Shown here piece after piece: positions 30,460-40,773 of a DNA stretch of 64,000 bases. Source of the stretch: Candidatus Babelota bacterium (GTDB taxonomy: Bacteria; Babelota; Babeliae; Babelales; CAIQNR01); NCBI GenBank assembly GCA_965658655.1, contig CBFHTA010000001.1, positions 113,658-177,657 of the forward strand, given 5' to 3'. Made by a program: the position numbers and the translations under genes. The first letter of the stretch is position 1. Every line of letters starts with the position of its first letter. The notes under the pieces were generated by a model. It was not told where the DNA came from and did no database searches. It saw only the letters and a program-made list of their open reading frames with translations.

Positions 30460-30780
30460 TTATTTCTCTGTCACCCTTCCTGAGGTATCTATAAATTTTT
30501 TATTAATCTTTTCGATTGCTTCATCAGCTGCTTTTTGAGCCTCTTCTTCGCTGCCTTCATGCGTTGAGGCTTTACGAGAACTAAGTAACCCTTCCTTTGC
30601 CACTTTGCCTTCACCTGGCCGAAACATATTAGAAAAAGAACTTGGACCATGCAGGCTTAAACAAAGTAAGTCTAACCCACTGCTTGATCGCCCCCTTTTA
30701 TGATGCCTAGAACTTTTTTTATCAGCTGCATTGCTGCCCATAACCAACAGCAATAACAATATGACGAATTCTTTTTTCAT
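30460..30780 (-). CDS. Small secreted hypothetical protein
   Basis: AAGGAG RBS, signal peptide, Ser/basic-rich body. Confidence 0.65.
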   Translation of the reverse strand: MKKEFVILLLLLVMGSNAADKKSSRHHKRGRSSSGLDLLCLSLHGPSSFSNMFRPGEGKVAKEGLLSSRKASTHEGSEEEAQKAADEAIEKINKKFIDTSGRVTEK

Positions 30781-30896
30781 AAACAGCTCCTTGAATTAAG
30801 GCATGTGAATTTCCCTATGCAGTATAACCTGCAAAAAAAATTAATAAACGTTTGATTGTTCGTTATACTGACTTGTAAATTATTATTAGGAGCAGC

Positions 30897-33104
30897 ATGA
30901 ACAAAATAAAAGTTGGTGTTTTAATGGGCGGCATGTCCATAGAGAAAGAAGTGTCTTTTAATTCCGGCAGAACAATTTGCGACCACCTTGATACAAACAC
31001 TTACAACATTATCCCTCTTTTTCAAACTACAAACAATCAACTTTTCATTTTACCATGGCGTTTTTTATATCGTGGAAAAATTAGTGACTTTGAACATCGA
31101 CTCGAAAGAGAAGCAAAAAAAATCATCTGGGACGACCTAAAAAAACTTATAGATTTTATGTACATTGCAGTACACGGACGCTACGCAGAGGATGGGACAC
31201 TGCAAGGCTTCCTAGAAGTATTAGGCGTTCCCTATCTGGGATCAAAAGTTTTAGGAAGCGCGCTTGGGATGAATAAAACGCTTCAGAAGAAGTTTTTAGA
31301 GACTAACAATATTGCAACACCTAAAGGAATTACAGTTTATCCACACGAAACCATTGAAGATACAACGCACATTTTAAAGCGACTAAATAAAGAAAAAATC
31401 CCTCTACCTTTAATCGTAAAACCAAACCAAGAAGGTTCGAGCTTGGGAGTGTCTGTTGTTTTCAACGAAGAAGAGCTGCAACCTGCTCTTAAAGCTGCTC
31501 GAGATGTTCATACAGGAGAACAGCAACCCGTTTTAATAGAAGAAAAACTAGAAGGTATGGAGTTTTCTTGTATCACATTATTCAACAGCAAAACAGGCAA
31601 ACCGTTACCACTCCCACCTACAGAAGTGGTAATAGAAAAAAACACCCACATTCACGACTACGAACAAAAATACATGCCGGGTCGTGCGCAAAAATTTACC
31701 CCTGCTCGTTGCTCAGAAAAAACATTAAAAGCTATCCAGCACACCTGTTTAAAAGCTACAGAAGCTCTCCACTTTAAAACGATTTCTCGTATCGATGGCT
31801 TTGTAAAAAAAGATGGAACGATAGTAATCGTTGACCCCAACACCTTGTCTGGCATGGCACCATCAAGCTTCTTTTTTAATCAAGCGGCAGAGATTGGCAT
31901 GAGCCATACTGACTTAATTAACCATTTAATTGCAACAGAGTTAACCACCTCTACAGGGCTTAACAAACAAATAAAAATAAAGAAAATTATGAACAAAAGG
32001 CTTCGTGTGGGGGTACTACTCGGCGGAACAAGTAACGAAAAAGAGACCTCTTTGGATTCGGGAAGAAACATTTTTTACAAATTATCCCCAGATAAATACG
32101 AGGCAACCACTCTTTTTGTAGATAAAAAATTAGAACTCTATCCACTTACTCAAAAATTATTAGTACATAATTCAACCAAAGAAATTGAACACGACCTTGA
32201 TAGATCTACAAAAATTAGCTGGAACAGTCTCCCAGAAAGATTTGACTTCATCTTTATTGGTCTTCATGGCGGCGCAGGAGAAAATGGCTCTGTGCAAGGA
32301 ACTCTTGAAATGCTAGGGTTGCCCTATAACGGCTCTGGTGTTGCAGCAAGTGCTCTGTGCATGAACAAGTATGAAACAAATAAATTACTCGCCAGCCAAG
32401 ATTTTGCCGTCCCTAAAAACCTTTTAATCTCCAAGGAGGACTGGCAGAAAAACAAACCTTTTATTCTCAAAAAAATAGAAAAAGAACTTTCTCTTCCGTT
32501 TATTGCAAAGCCACACGATGACGGCTGCAGCATGATGGTTCAAAAAATAAAGACGTTTAAAGAAACAGAAGAAGCTTTAAATGCTATTTTTAGAGACAAC
32601 AAAACCCACAGTTTTTTAGAAGAATTTGTACAGGGAATGGAGCTGACCGTTGGAGTGATCGGGAATGAAAAACCTCAAGCCCTTCCTCCAAGCCAGGCTG
32701 TGGTCAATGGCGAAATTTTAACAATCGAAGAAAAATTCTTACCAGGCGCAGGAGAAAACCAAACTCCAGCACCGCTGCCCAAAGAAGCCTTAATATTTGT
32801 GCAAAAGACGATGGAACAAGTTTATAAAACAATTGGCTGCTCAGGTTATGCTCGTATCGATTGCTTTTATCAAACCGCAAAACAAAGCCCCACGGGTAAA
32901 GAACGCGTAATAACCCTGGAAGTCAACTCCCTCCCTGGCCTCACTCCTGCAACTTGTATTTTTCACCAAGCCGCAGAAATTGGAATAAAGCCTATGGAAT
33001 TTATCGATAGTATTATCCAAATGGGACTAGAGAAACATACATCTCTCAATTCTTCAATCCCTCGATACGACTCCTATGGTATCACTCGGGATGATTCGAG
33101 ATAA
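30897..33104 (+). CDS. ddl: D-alanine--D-alanine ligase, tandem two-domain fusion
   Basis: Two complete ATP-grasp Ddl units: GGxSxEKE.S, HG..EDG/ENG, KP..EGSS/DGCS, RID, DPNT/EVNSLPG. Confidence 0.9.
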   Translation: MNKIKVGVLMGGMSIEKEVSFNSGRTICDHLDTNTYNIIPLFQTTNNQLFILPWRFLYRGKISDFEHRLEREAKKIIWDDLKKLIDFMYIAVHGRYAEDGTLQGFLEVLGVPYLGSKVLGSALGMNKTLQKKFLETNNIATPKGITVYPHETIEDTTHILKRLNKEKIPLPLIVKPNQEGSSLGVSVVFNEEELQPALKAARDVHTGEQQPVLIEEKLEGMEFSCITLFNSKTGKPLPLPPTEVVIEKNTHIHDYEQKYMPGRAQKFTPARCSEKTLKAIQHTCLKATEALHFKTISRIDGFVKKDGTIVIVDPNTLSGMAPSSFFFNQAAEIGMSHTDLINHLIATELTTSTGLNKQIKIKKIMNKRLRVGVLLGGTSNEKETSLDSGRNIFYKLSPDKYEATTLFVDKKLELYPLTQKLLVHNSTKEIEHDLDRSTKISWNSLPERFDFIFIGLHGGAGENGSVQGTLEMLGLPYNGSGVAASALCMNKYETNKLLASQDFAVPKNLLISKEDWQKNKPFILKKIEKELSLPFIAKPHDDGCSMMVQKIKTFKETEEALNAIFRDNKTHSFLEEFVQGMELTVGVIGNEKPQALPPSQAVVNGEILTIEEKFLPGAGENQTPAPLPKEALIFVQKTMEQVYKTIGCSGYARIDCFYQTAKQSPTGKERVITLEVNSLPGLTPATCIFHQAAEIGIKPMEFIDSIIQMGLEKHTSLNSSIPRYDSYGITRDDSR

Positions 33105-33173
33105 AATAATGAATGCAATCGAGTTATCCTGAATGGTTTTCTCAACAAAACAAGAAGGGCTGTATTGAATGAT
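33057..33173. repeat. Degenerate palindromic (REP/MITE-like) element overlapping ddl 3' end
   Basis: ATCCCTCGATAC pairs with GTATTGAATGAT, and CACTCGGGATGATTCGA pairs with TCGAGTTATCCTGAATG. Confidence 0.55.
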
Positions 33174-33254
33174 CGAGAGACACTTTTATTGACCAATCCA
33201 ACACAAATTACGTACCTTGAAAAAAACAGTTCTTTTAATTAGGGGAGTAGAAAT

Positions 33255-33878
33255 ATGTGTTTTTCAGCATCAGCAAGTTTTGCTGCAGCCGGAGTTTTGT
33301 CGGTTATTGGTCTCTTATCTTTAAAAAAAGTAAAACATAAAAAATATGTTCCTTTTGCTATGATTCCAATCTTTTTTGCTATCCAACAGGCATTTGAAGG
33401 TGTTGTTTGGCTTACCTACCAACAACCAGTAAATGCGTTAGTTCATCAATTCTCAATGTATGCCTTTTTATTCTTTGCTTTCTTCTTCTGGCCAGTTTGG
33501 ATTCCATTCTCTTTTGCTTTAATAGAAACAAAAGCTGGTCGTCGAAATCTACTTTACGGATTAATGGGAATTGGGGTTGCTATATCAAGCGGACTCATTT
33601 ACTCAGTTGCACAACTTGGTGTATCAGCAGAAATTACTTGTAATCATGTAAAATACATTGTTGATATTCCAGGAGTTTTCCATGAATGGGGAGCATGGAT
33701 CTACTGTGTGGCAACCGTTTTGCCGTTCTTTGTATCAAGTAAAAGAATGGCGTGGGTATTTGGACTCGCGCTCTGTGGATCTGTTGCTGTAAGTGCTTAC
33801 TTCTTTACCGCTCACTTTACTTCTGTTTGGTGCTTCTTGGCAGCGCTACTGAGCTTGGGCGTATACGCATATTTATAA
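33255..33878 (+). CDS. Multi-pass membrane protein (DUF6629-like)
   Basis: MCFSASASF start, FAIQQAFEG, SVWCF C-terminal motif. Confidence 0.8.
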   Translation: MCFSASASFAAAGVLSVIGLLSLKKVKHKKYVPFAMIPIFFAIQQAFEGVVWLTYQQPVNALVHQFSMYAFLFFAFFFWPVWIPFSFALIETKAGRRNLLYGLMGIGVAISSGLIYSVAQLGVSAEITCNHVKYIVDIPGVFHEWGAWIYCVATVLPFFVSSKRMAWVFGLALCGSVAVSAYFFTAHFTSVWCFLAALLSLGVYAYL

Positions 33879-33880
33879 TA

Positions 33881-33912
33881 AAAAAAAGAGCCGGTTAAAA
33901 AACTGGCTCTTT
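33881..33912. terminator. Bidirectional intrinsic terminator
   Basis: A-run, AAAGAGCCGGTT-loop-AACTGGCTCTTT, between convergent genes. Confidence 0.7.
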
Positions 33913-33943
33913 CTAATTTTTATATTTTTACAAAAAATACCAA

Positions 33944-35254
33944 TTAAATATGAATAAGTTTTCCCTTGCGGAAAGCAAGAATTAACAAACCAATCAAATG
34001 CGGTATGGCAACCATAATCTGCATAAGATCCATTAGTTTCCAGATAAGAGCAACATCTGCTAATGCACCAAAAAACACCACAACGGATAAAGCTATATAA
34101 TACCACATCATAAAGCGGTACTTAGTAAACGAAGCAAAACTTTGACTTGCGTTAAAGCTGTTCCCAATCACAGTTGTTAAAACAAACAGGGTAATGCTGC
34201 TTAACAATACCCACTGGCCAATACCAGGAGAATAAACCTTAAAGGCTTCGTATACGAGCGTATTGGAGAAACCACCTCGCATCCAAAGACCAGTAACAAC
34301 TACGATAAGACCAGACAAAATAGAAAGAATCATGTCTGCGGCTACCGAGAACATTGCAAGGACTGCTTGATCTGCATGACGATCAGTATCTGCCATAGCA
34401 TGAGCAATAGAAGAAGTTCCAAGACCTGCTTCTGTAATATAAATACTGCGATGAATCCCTTGTTGCATTGCAGACATAATGCTTGCACCTACAAATCCAC
34501 CTACAGCAGCACAAGGACTAAATGCGCTAGAAAAAACTAAACTTATAGCACCCTTCAAAGCGCCAAAATCTCTAAACAAAATACTTAAAGCAAATGTTAC
34601 GTATAATACAAACATGAACGGAACAACTTTGCTCGCAAGCTCTCCAATCCGTTTAATGCCACCCAAAAGAACAACAAAAACAATAAGAGAAAGCAAAAAT
34701 CCTGTTACCCACAAAGGAACAGACTCTAGCTGGAAAATATCGGCAAGAGTGTTTGCTTGCTGACCAGACCAACCTGCAAATAAAAACATTGTTAAAGTGC
34801 CATACCATGCAGCAAGAAAAGGACTGACCTCTTTTAGGTACTGCGTTGGGCCACCAAGAATTTCGCCTCGTTTTAGCTTAGTTCTGTATTCCATAGCAAA
34901 AATAACTTCAGCAAACTTAGTAACTGCCCCAAAAAAAGCATACGCCACTAGCCAGAACAATGCTCCAGGGCCACCAGTAGAAACAGCAACGGTAGGACCA
35001 ACAATATTACCCATACCAATAGTAGTAGACATTGCAGTCAATAGCGCATGAAATGGGTTAATAGACTTTTCACCTTTTGTTTCTTTGTGATGGTTAACCC
35101 CACCAAAAAGAAGTCTCATTAGACGTGGAAGGGCACGAACTTGAATGAAGCGTGTTTTAATTGTTAAAACAATTCCAACCGTTAAATAAAGCAACATAGC
35201 TGGTAAAGCAACAGCCTCACCTGCACGCGTGCAAAAATGTTCTAAATTGATCAT
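33944..35254 (-). CDS. Alanine/glycine:cation symporter (AGCS family)
   Basis: TIGMGNIVG, GGPGALFW, GGP, GGIKRIG, EAGLGTS. Confidence 0.93.
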   Translation of the reverse strand: MINLEHFCTRAGEAVALPAMLLYLTVGIVLTIKTRFIQVRALPRLMRLLFGGVNHHKETKGEKSINPFHALLTAMSTTIGMGNIVGPTVAVSTGGPGALFWLVAYAFFGAVTKFAEVIFAMEYRTKLKRGEILGGPTQYLKEVSPFLAAWYGTLTMFLFAGWSGQQANTLADIFQLESVPLWVTGFLLSLIVFVVLLGGIKRIGELASKVVPFMFVLYVTFALSILFRDFGALKGAISLVFSSAFSPCAAVGGFVGASIMSAMQQGIHRSIYITEAGLGTSSIAHAMADTDRHADQAVLAMFSVAADMILSILSGLIVVVTGLWMRGGFSNTLVYEAFKVYSPGIGQWVLLSSITLFVLTTVIGNSFNASQSFASFTKYRFMMWYYIALSVVVFFGALADVALIWKLMDLMQIMVAIPHLIGLLILAFRKGKLIHI

Positions 35255-35339
35255 AAGTATGGCTCCTTAATTTTCGACATAAAGATCCCCTAAAAAGAAA
35301 ATTCGCACTATAACAATAATGCGAACATAAAGACCTATT

Positions 35340-35945
35340 CTATACTTTTTTGGCCAAAAAAGACAGAGCTTGCCTCATAAGTGCGTCAAACGGTGCTGCT
35401 GCACCTCCTCCTTCTTTGCGCAAATATGTTAATGTTGCTTCTATTTCTTGGCGAGAATAATTAAGGGATTGTAAAACTTGAGTAAGGTTTTTCCATTGCT
35501 CTAAAGACTCTTGTGCGCCTTGCTCAAAAGCAATTCCGCTATCAATGAGCTTACTTACTTTATGACGCAACTGTACAATAATTTGTTCTGCTTTTTTTGC
35601 CCCAATTCCACTTACAGAACTAAGAGCTTTATCATCACCCTCTTGAATAGCTTGCAAAAAAGCATTAGGTGAAAGTTGGTGCAAAACTGCCAAGCCAATT
35701 TTAGGACCAAGGCCAGAGCAACTAGTAATCAATAAAAAAACAGTTCGTTCTAGTTCAGAAGAAAAACCATAAAGACTTGGTCCATTGTCGCTATTCCAAT
35801 GCATATGGATAGGAACCGTAATTTCTTGTTTCCCCTGAAAAAATTCTGGACTCGGCACTTGGAAGGCAAAGCCTACCCCTTGAACATCTAAGGTTATTGT
35901 GCTGTCTGAAATGGTGGCAATCTTGCCTTTTAAATAAGAAAACAT
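35340..35945 (-). CDS. ruvA: Holliday junction branch migration protein RuvA
   Basis: MFSYLKG start, GVGF, LYGF, SGLGPK and SGIGAKKAE HhH motifs. Confidence 0.94.
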   Translation of the reverse strand: MFSYLKGKIATISDSTITLDVQGVGFAFQVPSPEFFQGKQEITVPIHMHWNSDNGPSLYGFSSELERTVFLLITSCSGLGPKIGLAVLHQLSPNAFLQAIQEGDDKALSSVSGIGAKKAEQIIVQLRHKVSKLIDSGIAFEQGAQESLEQWKNLTQVLQSLNYSRQEIEATLTYLRKEGGGAAAPFDALMRQALSFLAKKV

Positions 35946-36063
35946 AGCTATTCCTTCTGATTTGAACTGTGGGCAGTTTAACAGCAGAATACTGGTAAGT
36001 AAATTTATAAGCTTAAGTGATGATTGACAAAAGCTTTGCGTATGATACCTTTTAAACACTTCT

Positions 36064-36139
36064 GTGGGAATAGCTCAGCTGGTAGAGCGTTGCCTTGCCA
36101 AGGCAAAGGTCGCGGGTTCAAATCCCGTTTCCCACTCCA
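36064..36139 (+). tRNA. tRNA-Gly (GCC)
   Basis: 76-nt cloverleaf, anticodon arm TTGCC-TTGCCAA-GGCAA, TTCAAAT T-loop, U73, encoded CCA; TTGACA upstream at 36024. Confidence 0.95.
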
Positions 36140-36260
36140 AAATCCCCTTCCTATTTACTATTCTTGCCTCCTTTTGGTATAATAAACTAATATTATAAGC
36201 TATAAGTGCTTTTAAGGGTAAAAAGCCAAGCAAACATCCAAAGAAAGGCTAATTGGAAAG

Positions 36261-36932
36261 ATGAAATCACTGGTTGAAGAAGCGTCAAGCATAACCAAAG
36301 CCATCGAAAAAGCATGGATTAGGGCGGGACAGCCTCAGTCATTTTCAGTAAAAATTTTTGAAACCCCCGAAATCGGATTCTTGGGATTTACAAGAAAGTC
36401 TGCAAAAGTAGGTATTTTCTTTGAAGAACCAATACCGGAAAGATCAAACAAAAAACACTACTCTCGTCCAGCTAATAAGCGGACAAGCCGGAAACCTTCT
36501 GAGCACTCTGCTCCGCGCAGAGAGCCTCGAACTGGTTCACAAGAACGTCATCCCAGCAATCGTCCTGCACAAAGAACAGTAGACTCTCGAGAAGAAAAAA
36601 GAGAGACAAGGCCAAAAACAAGTCCTCGGCGCAGAGAAGATAATCGAGAAACAGACACACGAAAAGAACGTTCTGTTGCTCAGCCAAGACGCCCACAAAG
36701 GCGTTCGCCGCGAAGAGAAGACCTTCAGGAAAACAAGCGACCACAACGTGATCGCCAAGAACAACCTGTGCAAGAAAGCCGTAAACCAGAGAACAAAGTT
36801 GCACCAAAAGCAGTAACGCCGGTTTCAAAACCTCAAGAAACTGCTCCAGCAGCTCCCGCGGTTAAGCGTCCTCCTAAAATTTCTGGTCGAAGATTTTCTG
36901 GACACAAAAAAAGCAAGACTGAAGACTCGTAA
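36261..36932 (+). CDS. Jag_N-domain protein with long Arg-rich disordered tail (truncated Jag/KhpB-like)
   Basis: EASSITKAIEKA...GFLGF..KSAKV resembles Jag_N; directly upstream of mnmE as in the usual jag-mnmE order. Confidence 0.75.
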   Translation: MKSLVEEASSITKAIEKAWIRAGQPQSFSVKIFETPEIGFLGFTRKSAKVGIFFEEPIPERSNKKHYSRPANKRTSRKPSEHSAPRREPRTGSQERHPSNRPAQRTVDSREEKRETRPKTSPRRREDNRETDTRKERSVAQPRRPQRRSPRREDLQENKRPQRDRQEQPVQESRKPENKVAPKAVTPVSKPQETAPAAPAVKRPPKISGRRFSGHKKSKTEDS

Positions 36933-36953
36933 ACTTTGTTTTGTTAAGAGTTT

Positions 36954-38336
36954 TTGCTAAAAATAACTGGAGGTTACTTGTTCACTGAAACTATTGTGGC
37001 TCAATGCACCCCGGCTGGATCTGGAGCCTTGGCGCTTTTACGAGTTTCTGGATCGAATGCATGGGAAATTACTAGTAAAGCTGCAAAGCTTTCTTCTAAG
37101 CAACCGCTGTCTAAAGTTGCTTCACACACCATTCATCATGGCTGGGTTGTGGATAACAAAGGCACCCTCATTGATGAGGTAATGTTTTTTGCTATGCGTG
37201 GCCCAAAAACCTTTACTGGTGAAGATGTTATTGAAATAACAAGCCACAATAACCCTTTTATTATCGAGAATATTTTACAACAAATTATACATTGCGGAGC
37301 GCGCCTTGCTCAACCGGGAGAATTTTCTCGCCAAGCAGTAGAAAACAATAAACTCGATCTAATCCAGGCTGAAGCAATTAATGAACTCATTCAGGCAAAT
37401 TCACAACAGGTACTTAAACAATCGCTTGAGCAATTACGCGGTAGCCTTTCTCACTGGGTTAAAAAATTAGAAAAAAATGTTATTCAACTAATTGCACTTT
37501 GTGAAGCAAGCTTTGAATTCTTAGAAGAAGAAATGGACTTCTCTGACCAAATGCATAAAACGGTCGGACAACTATTAGCACACATTGCAAGTCTAAAAAT
37601 AACCTTTAACAAGCAACAACAGATTAGAGAAGGGGTCCGTGTTGCAATTATTGGCCCTGCAAATACAGGAAAATCTTCTTTATTTAATGCTCTAACCGGA
37701 AAAGATAAAGCTATAGTGACTAAATTTTCTGGAACCACGCGCGATGTACTCGAAACAGGACTTTATGAAGATGGCATGTACATAACATTAATCGATACTG
37801 CCGGAGTCAGAAATGCTTTTGATGAAATTGAAAAAGAAGGAATCGTTCGTTCTTATAAAGAAGCAAAAACGGCCGATATTATTCTTTTGTCTCTTGATGG
37901 GGGAGAGGAACCATCTAAAGAGCAAAAAATGGTTTATGAGGATATTTACAAAAAGCACAAAGAGAAAATTATCATAGTTAAAAACAAAGCTGACCGCAAA
38001 AATAAAAACTCTCTTTTTCCGTTTGCAAATCTACGAGTTTCAAGTCAGAAAAAAACAGGACTTAATGAGCTGAAGAAGGAAGTCATAAAAAAAGTAAACG
38101 AGCTGTTCAGCTCAGGTTCTTCTTCTTTCTTAGTTAATAAGCGGCATTACGATCTGCTAATCGCTTTTGAACAAGAACTTTTAATCGTGAAAGGTATGCT
38201 GACAGGACCAGCGGACTACGAACTAATAGCTCACCATCTAAAAGAAGCGCTCGCTACACTCACAGAGTTAACAGGTAAATCTGTAAGCGAACAAGCGCTT
38301 GACGCTGTCTTTAGAGAATTTTGCGTAGGTAAATAA
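36954..38336 (+). CDS. mnmE: tRNA modification GTPase MnmE
   Basis: [33 protein letters not shown]-terminal FCVGK; exact start uncertain. Confidence 0.96.
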   Translation: MLKITGGYLFTETIVAQCTPAGSGALALLRVSGSNAWEITSKAAKLSSKQPLSKVASHTIHHGWVVDNKGTLIDEVMFFAMRGPKTFTGEDVIEITSHNNPFIIENILQQIIHCGARLAQPGEFSRQAVENNKLDLIQAEAINELIQANSQQVLKQSLEQLRGSLSHWVKKLEKNVIQLIALCEASFEFLEEEMDFSDQMHKTVGQLLAHIASLKITFNKQQQIREGVRVAIIGPANTGKSSLFNALTGKDKAIVTKFSGTTRDVLETGLYEDGMYITLIDTAGVRNAFDEIEKEGIVRSYKEAKTADIILLSLDGGEEPSKEQKMVYEDIYKKHKEKIIIVKNKADRKNKNSLFPFANLRVSSQKKTGLNELKKEVIKKVNELFSSGSSSFLVNKRHYDLLIAFEQELLIVKGMLTGPADYELIAHHLKEALATLTELTGKSVSEQALDAVFREFCVGK

Positions 38337-38337
38337 T

Positions 38338-38988
38338 TTACGAAATAAGTGTTGTAAACTCTACACGACGATTTCGCTGCTCTCTACCTTCAACATCTAC
38401 TGCTACTTTGCTATCTCCATAACCAACAGCCTTTATCTTGTCTGAAGAGATGCCGGCGCTAGCAAGTCGTTTTGAAACAGTATTTGCACGTTTCTGAGAA
38501 ACAGCCATGTTGTAGGTTTCACTAATACATTTCTTATCAGAGTGTCCTTCTACCCGAACAACTTTTCCACCTTTTACAGCTTCTTTAGCTTGCTGAGTAT
38601 CATATTGCACCACTGCTTCTTGGTCTTTTCTGATTGTATAGTTATCGTAACTAAAATAAACAGGCTCAAAGTCTACATGTTCCACTTTGTCTTCGCGTAA
38701 TTCTCTTTTTTCTTTGGCCATAGAGTCTTTGTGTGAAATTTTTATAGGAGCATAGCGTTGATCTTGCTCTTCACCCTCTAAAATAAATGCTTCTACTTTT
38801 TCATCCCAAAAGCGAGTATTTCCTACTTTGTAGCGAGCCAATGGAACACCAGAACCAGAAGAGCGAGACGCTAATTTTTTTGAACTTTTTTTAGAGGTTG
38901 TTTTTTTTGCAGCTTTTTTAGTTGAAAAACAGCCAGAGAGGCCAAAAGCAACCGGAACTAACAACCCTATGAATAGTATTTTTTTCAT
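38338..38988 (-). CDS. OmpA-family peptidoglycan-associated lipoprotein (Pal-like)
   Basis: Lipobox LSGC, VYFSYD, VEGHSD, YN..VS.KRA, GYG, NRRVE. Confidence 0.88.
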   Translation of the reverse strand: MKKILFIGLLVPVAFGLSGCFSTKKAAKKTTSKKSSKKLASRSSGSGVPLARYKVGNTRFWDEKVEAFILEGEEQDQRYAPIKISHKDSMAKEKRELREDKVEHVDFEPVYFSYDNYTIRKDQEAVVQYDTQQAKEAVKGGKVVRVEGHSDKKCISETYNMAVSQKRANTVSKRLASAGISSDKIKAVGYGDSKVAVDVEGREQRNRRVEFTTLIS

Positions 38989-39259
38989 TATAAAACTCCT
39001 TTATACTCTTAATTCACAATCAAACGGTGGTGATCATAACATGTTTTTTTATTTTTTCCTATGATTGTCCATAGGCTCCACACCCTTGTTTTGAAGGGAT
39101 TTATTTATACACTTTCTGGTGACTATAAGCTTAAAAATCAACGTTTTGACCCTCCAGAAGGTCTCAATGCTATCAATTTTTTCTAATTTTTTATATACTG
39201 GTCTCGTAAGGAAGAGTAGGGATAAAAAATTATACAGATCTTACCCCTAAGAGGGACAC

Positions 39260-40771
39260 ATGAAAAAAATTCTCATTAACGAAGAACCATGGCAAACAAG
39301 AGTTGCAATAATCGACAAAGAAGGTATTCAAAATATTTACTTCTGGTCGCACACAAGCAACCATATTGAACGTTGTTTTTATAAAGGTGTTGTTGGTAAA
39401 GTTCTGCCAGGCATTCAAACCGCTTTTGTTGATATCGGTCAACCAAAAGCAGGTTTTTTACATATCTCAGAAATTGATCGCGAACTTGCTATTAATAAGA
39501 TGTCAGACAATCTTGGCGATCTAGAATCAACTGAGAAGAAGAAAAAGCGCCCTACTCGCCAACCAATGGATATTGGTAAAATTTTAAAAGAAAAAGAAGA
39601 GATTCTAGTTCAAGTAAGCAAAGAACCTGTGAATGAAAAAGGCGCGAAACTTACCACCTGCTTTGCATTGCCTGGTCGATTTATTGTTTTAATGCCATCT
39701 ATTCCCCGCATTGGTATTTCTAAAAAAATAGAAAGTCGCGACGAGCGTAACCGCCTTAGAGACTTAATACTCAGTTTGCTACCCGAAGGAATGGGAGCCA
39801 TCATTAGAACGTCTACAGAAAATCGATCTGATGATGATATTAAAAACGACATAGAATACTTGCTTGACACCTGGAACACCATTCAAGACAACTACAAAAA
39901 AGCAAAGCCTCAAGAAAAAATTTATGAAGACATTGACTTATCTTTTCAGGTGGTCCGAGACCACTTAGATGATGATGTTTCTGAGATCATTGTAGACAAT
40001 AAAGAAGCTCAACGACGTTTAGCATCATTTGTAAACAAAGTTGCTCAAGAACACTCCGCAAAGATTAAAACCTATACAGGCAAAACTCCGCTGTTTGAAA
40101 AATATGATATTGAACGCCAAATAAAAAGCTCCCTAAACCCAAAAGTTGATCTTAAATCTGGTGGGTCAATTGTTATAGAAGCCACCGAAGCTATGACTGT
40201 AGTTGACGTTAACACTGGTCGTTATACAGGTAAATCAAATCTTGAAGACACCATATTTAAAACTAATATGGAAGCAGCTCAAGAAATCACACGTCAACTA
40301 AAAGTTCGCAATATTGGTGGGCTAATAGTAATTGATTTTATCGATATGAGTAATAGCTCAAACAGACAAAAACTTTTTAGATCTTTTGAAAAACTACTAA
40401 AAGAACAAGATAAATTCCAATCGGTGCTTTTAAAGATATCTGAATTTGGATTAGTTCAAATGACCAGAAAACGTTCTGGAAAGACCCTTTCAAAGCAACT
40501 TACAGATCCCTGTAACACCTGTACAGGATCAGGAGTAACACCCTCTGTAAGCGCAGAAAGCTACGCGTTGTTGCGACATCTTAAAGAAGAGCTTTTAACA
40601 AAAAAAGTATCTGGTGAAATCATTATTCAACTAAGCCCAGAAGTATTTGACTATATTTCCAACAACGAATACACCACAGTTCTTGATTTTGAAAAAGAAA
40701 CAGGCAATAAAATTATGCTCGAACGAGAGAACAACTTACCAATTGGAACCTTTAAGATTGCTACAAAATAA
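39260..40771 (+). CDS. rng: Ribonuclease E/G family
   Basis: AFVDIG S1 domain, VDVNTG, IGGLIVIDFIDM, CxxC zinc link; no long C-terminal scaffold. Confidence 0.92.
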   Translation: MKKILINEEPWQTRVAIIDKEGIQNIYFWSHTSNHIERCFYKGVVGKVLPGIQTAFVDIGQPKAGFLHISEIDRELAINKMSDNLGDLESTEKKKKRPTRQPMDIGKILKEKEEILVQVSKEPVNEKGAKLTTCFALPGRFIVLMPSIPRIGISKKIESRDERNRLRDLILSLLPEGMGAIIRTSTENRSDDDIKNDIEYLLDTWNTIQDNYKKAKPQEKIYEDIDLSFQVVRDHLDDDVSEIIVDNKEAQRRLASFVNKVAQEHSAKIKTYTGKTPLFEKYDIERQIKSSLNPKVDLKSGGSIVIEATEAMTVVDVNTGRYTGKSNLEDTIFKTNMEAAQEITRQLKVRNIGGLIVIDFIDMSNSSNRQKLFRSFEKLLKEQDKFQSVLLKISEFGLVQMTRKRSGKTLSKQLTDPCNTCTGSGVTPSVSAESYALLRHLKEELLTKKVSGEIIIQLSPEVFDYISNNEYTTVLDFEKETGNKIMLERENNLPIGTFKIATK

Positions 40772-40773
40772 CA

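Noticed and set aside
36140..36260. Island insertion at tRNA-Gly
   Set aside because: Followed directly by core genes (jag-like, mnmE); no att repeat or integrase.
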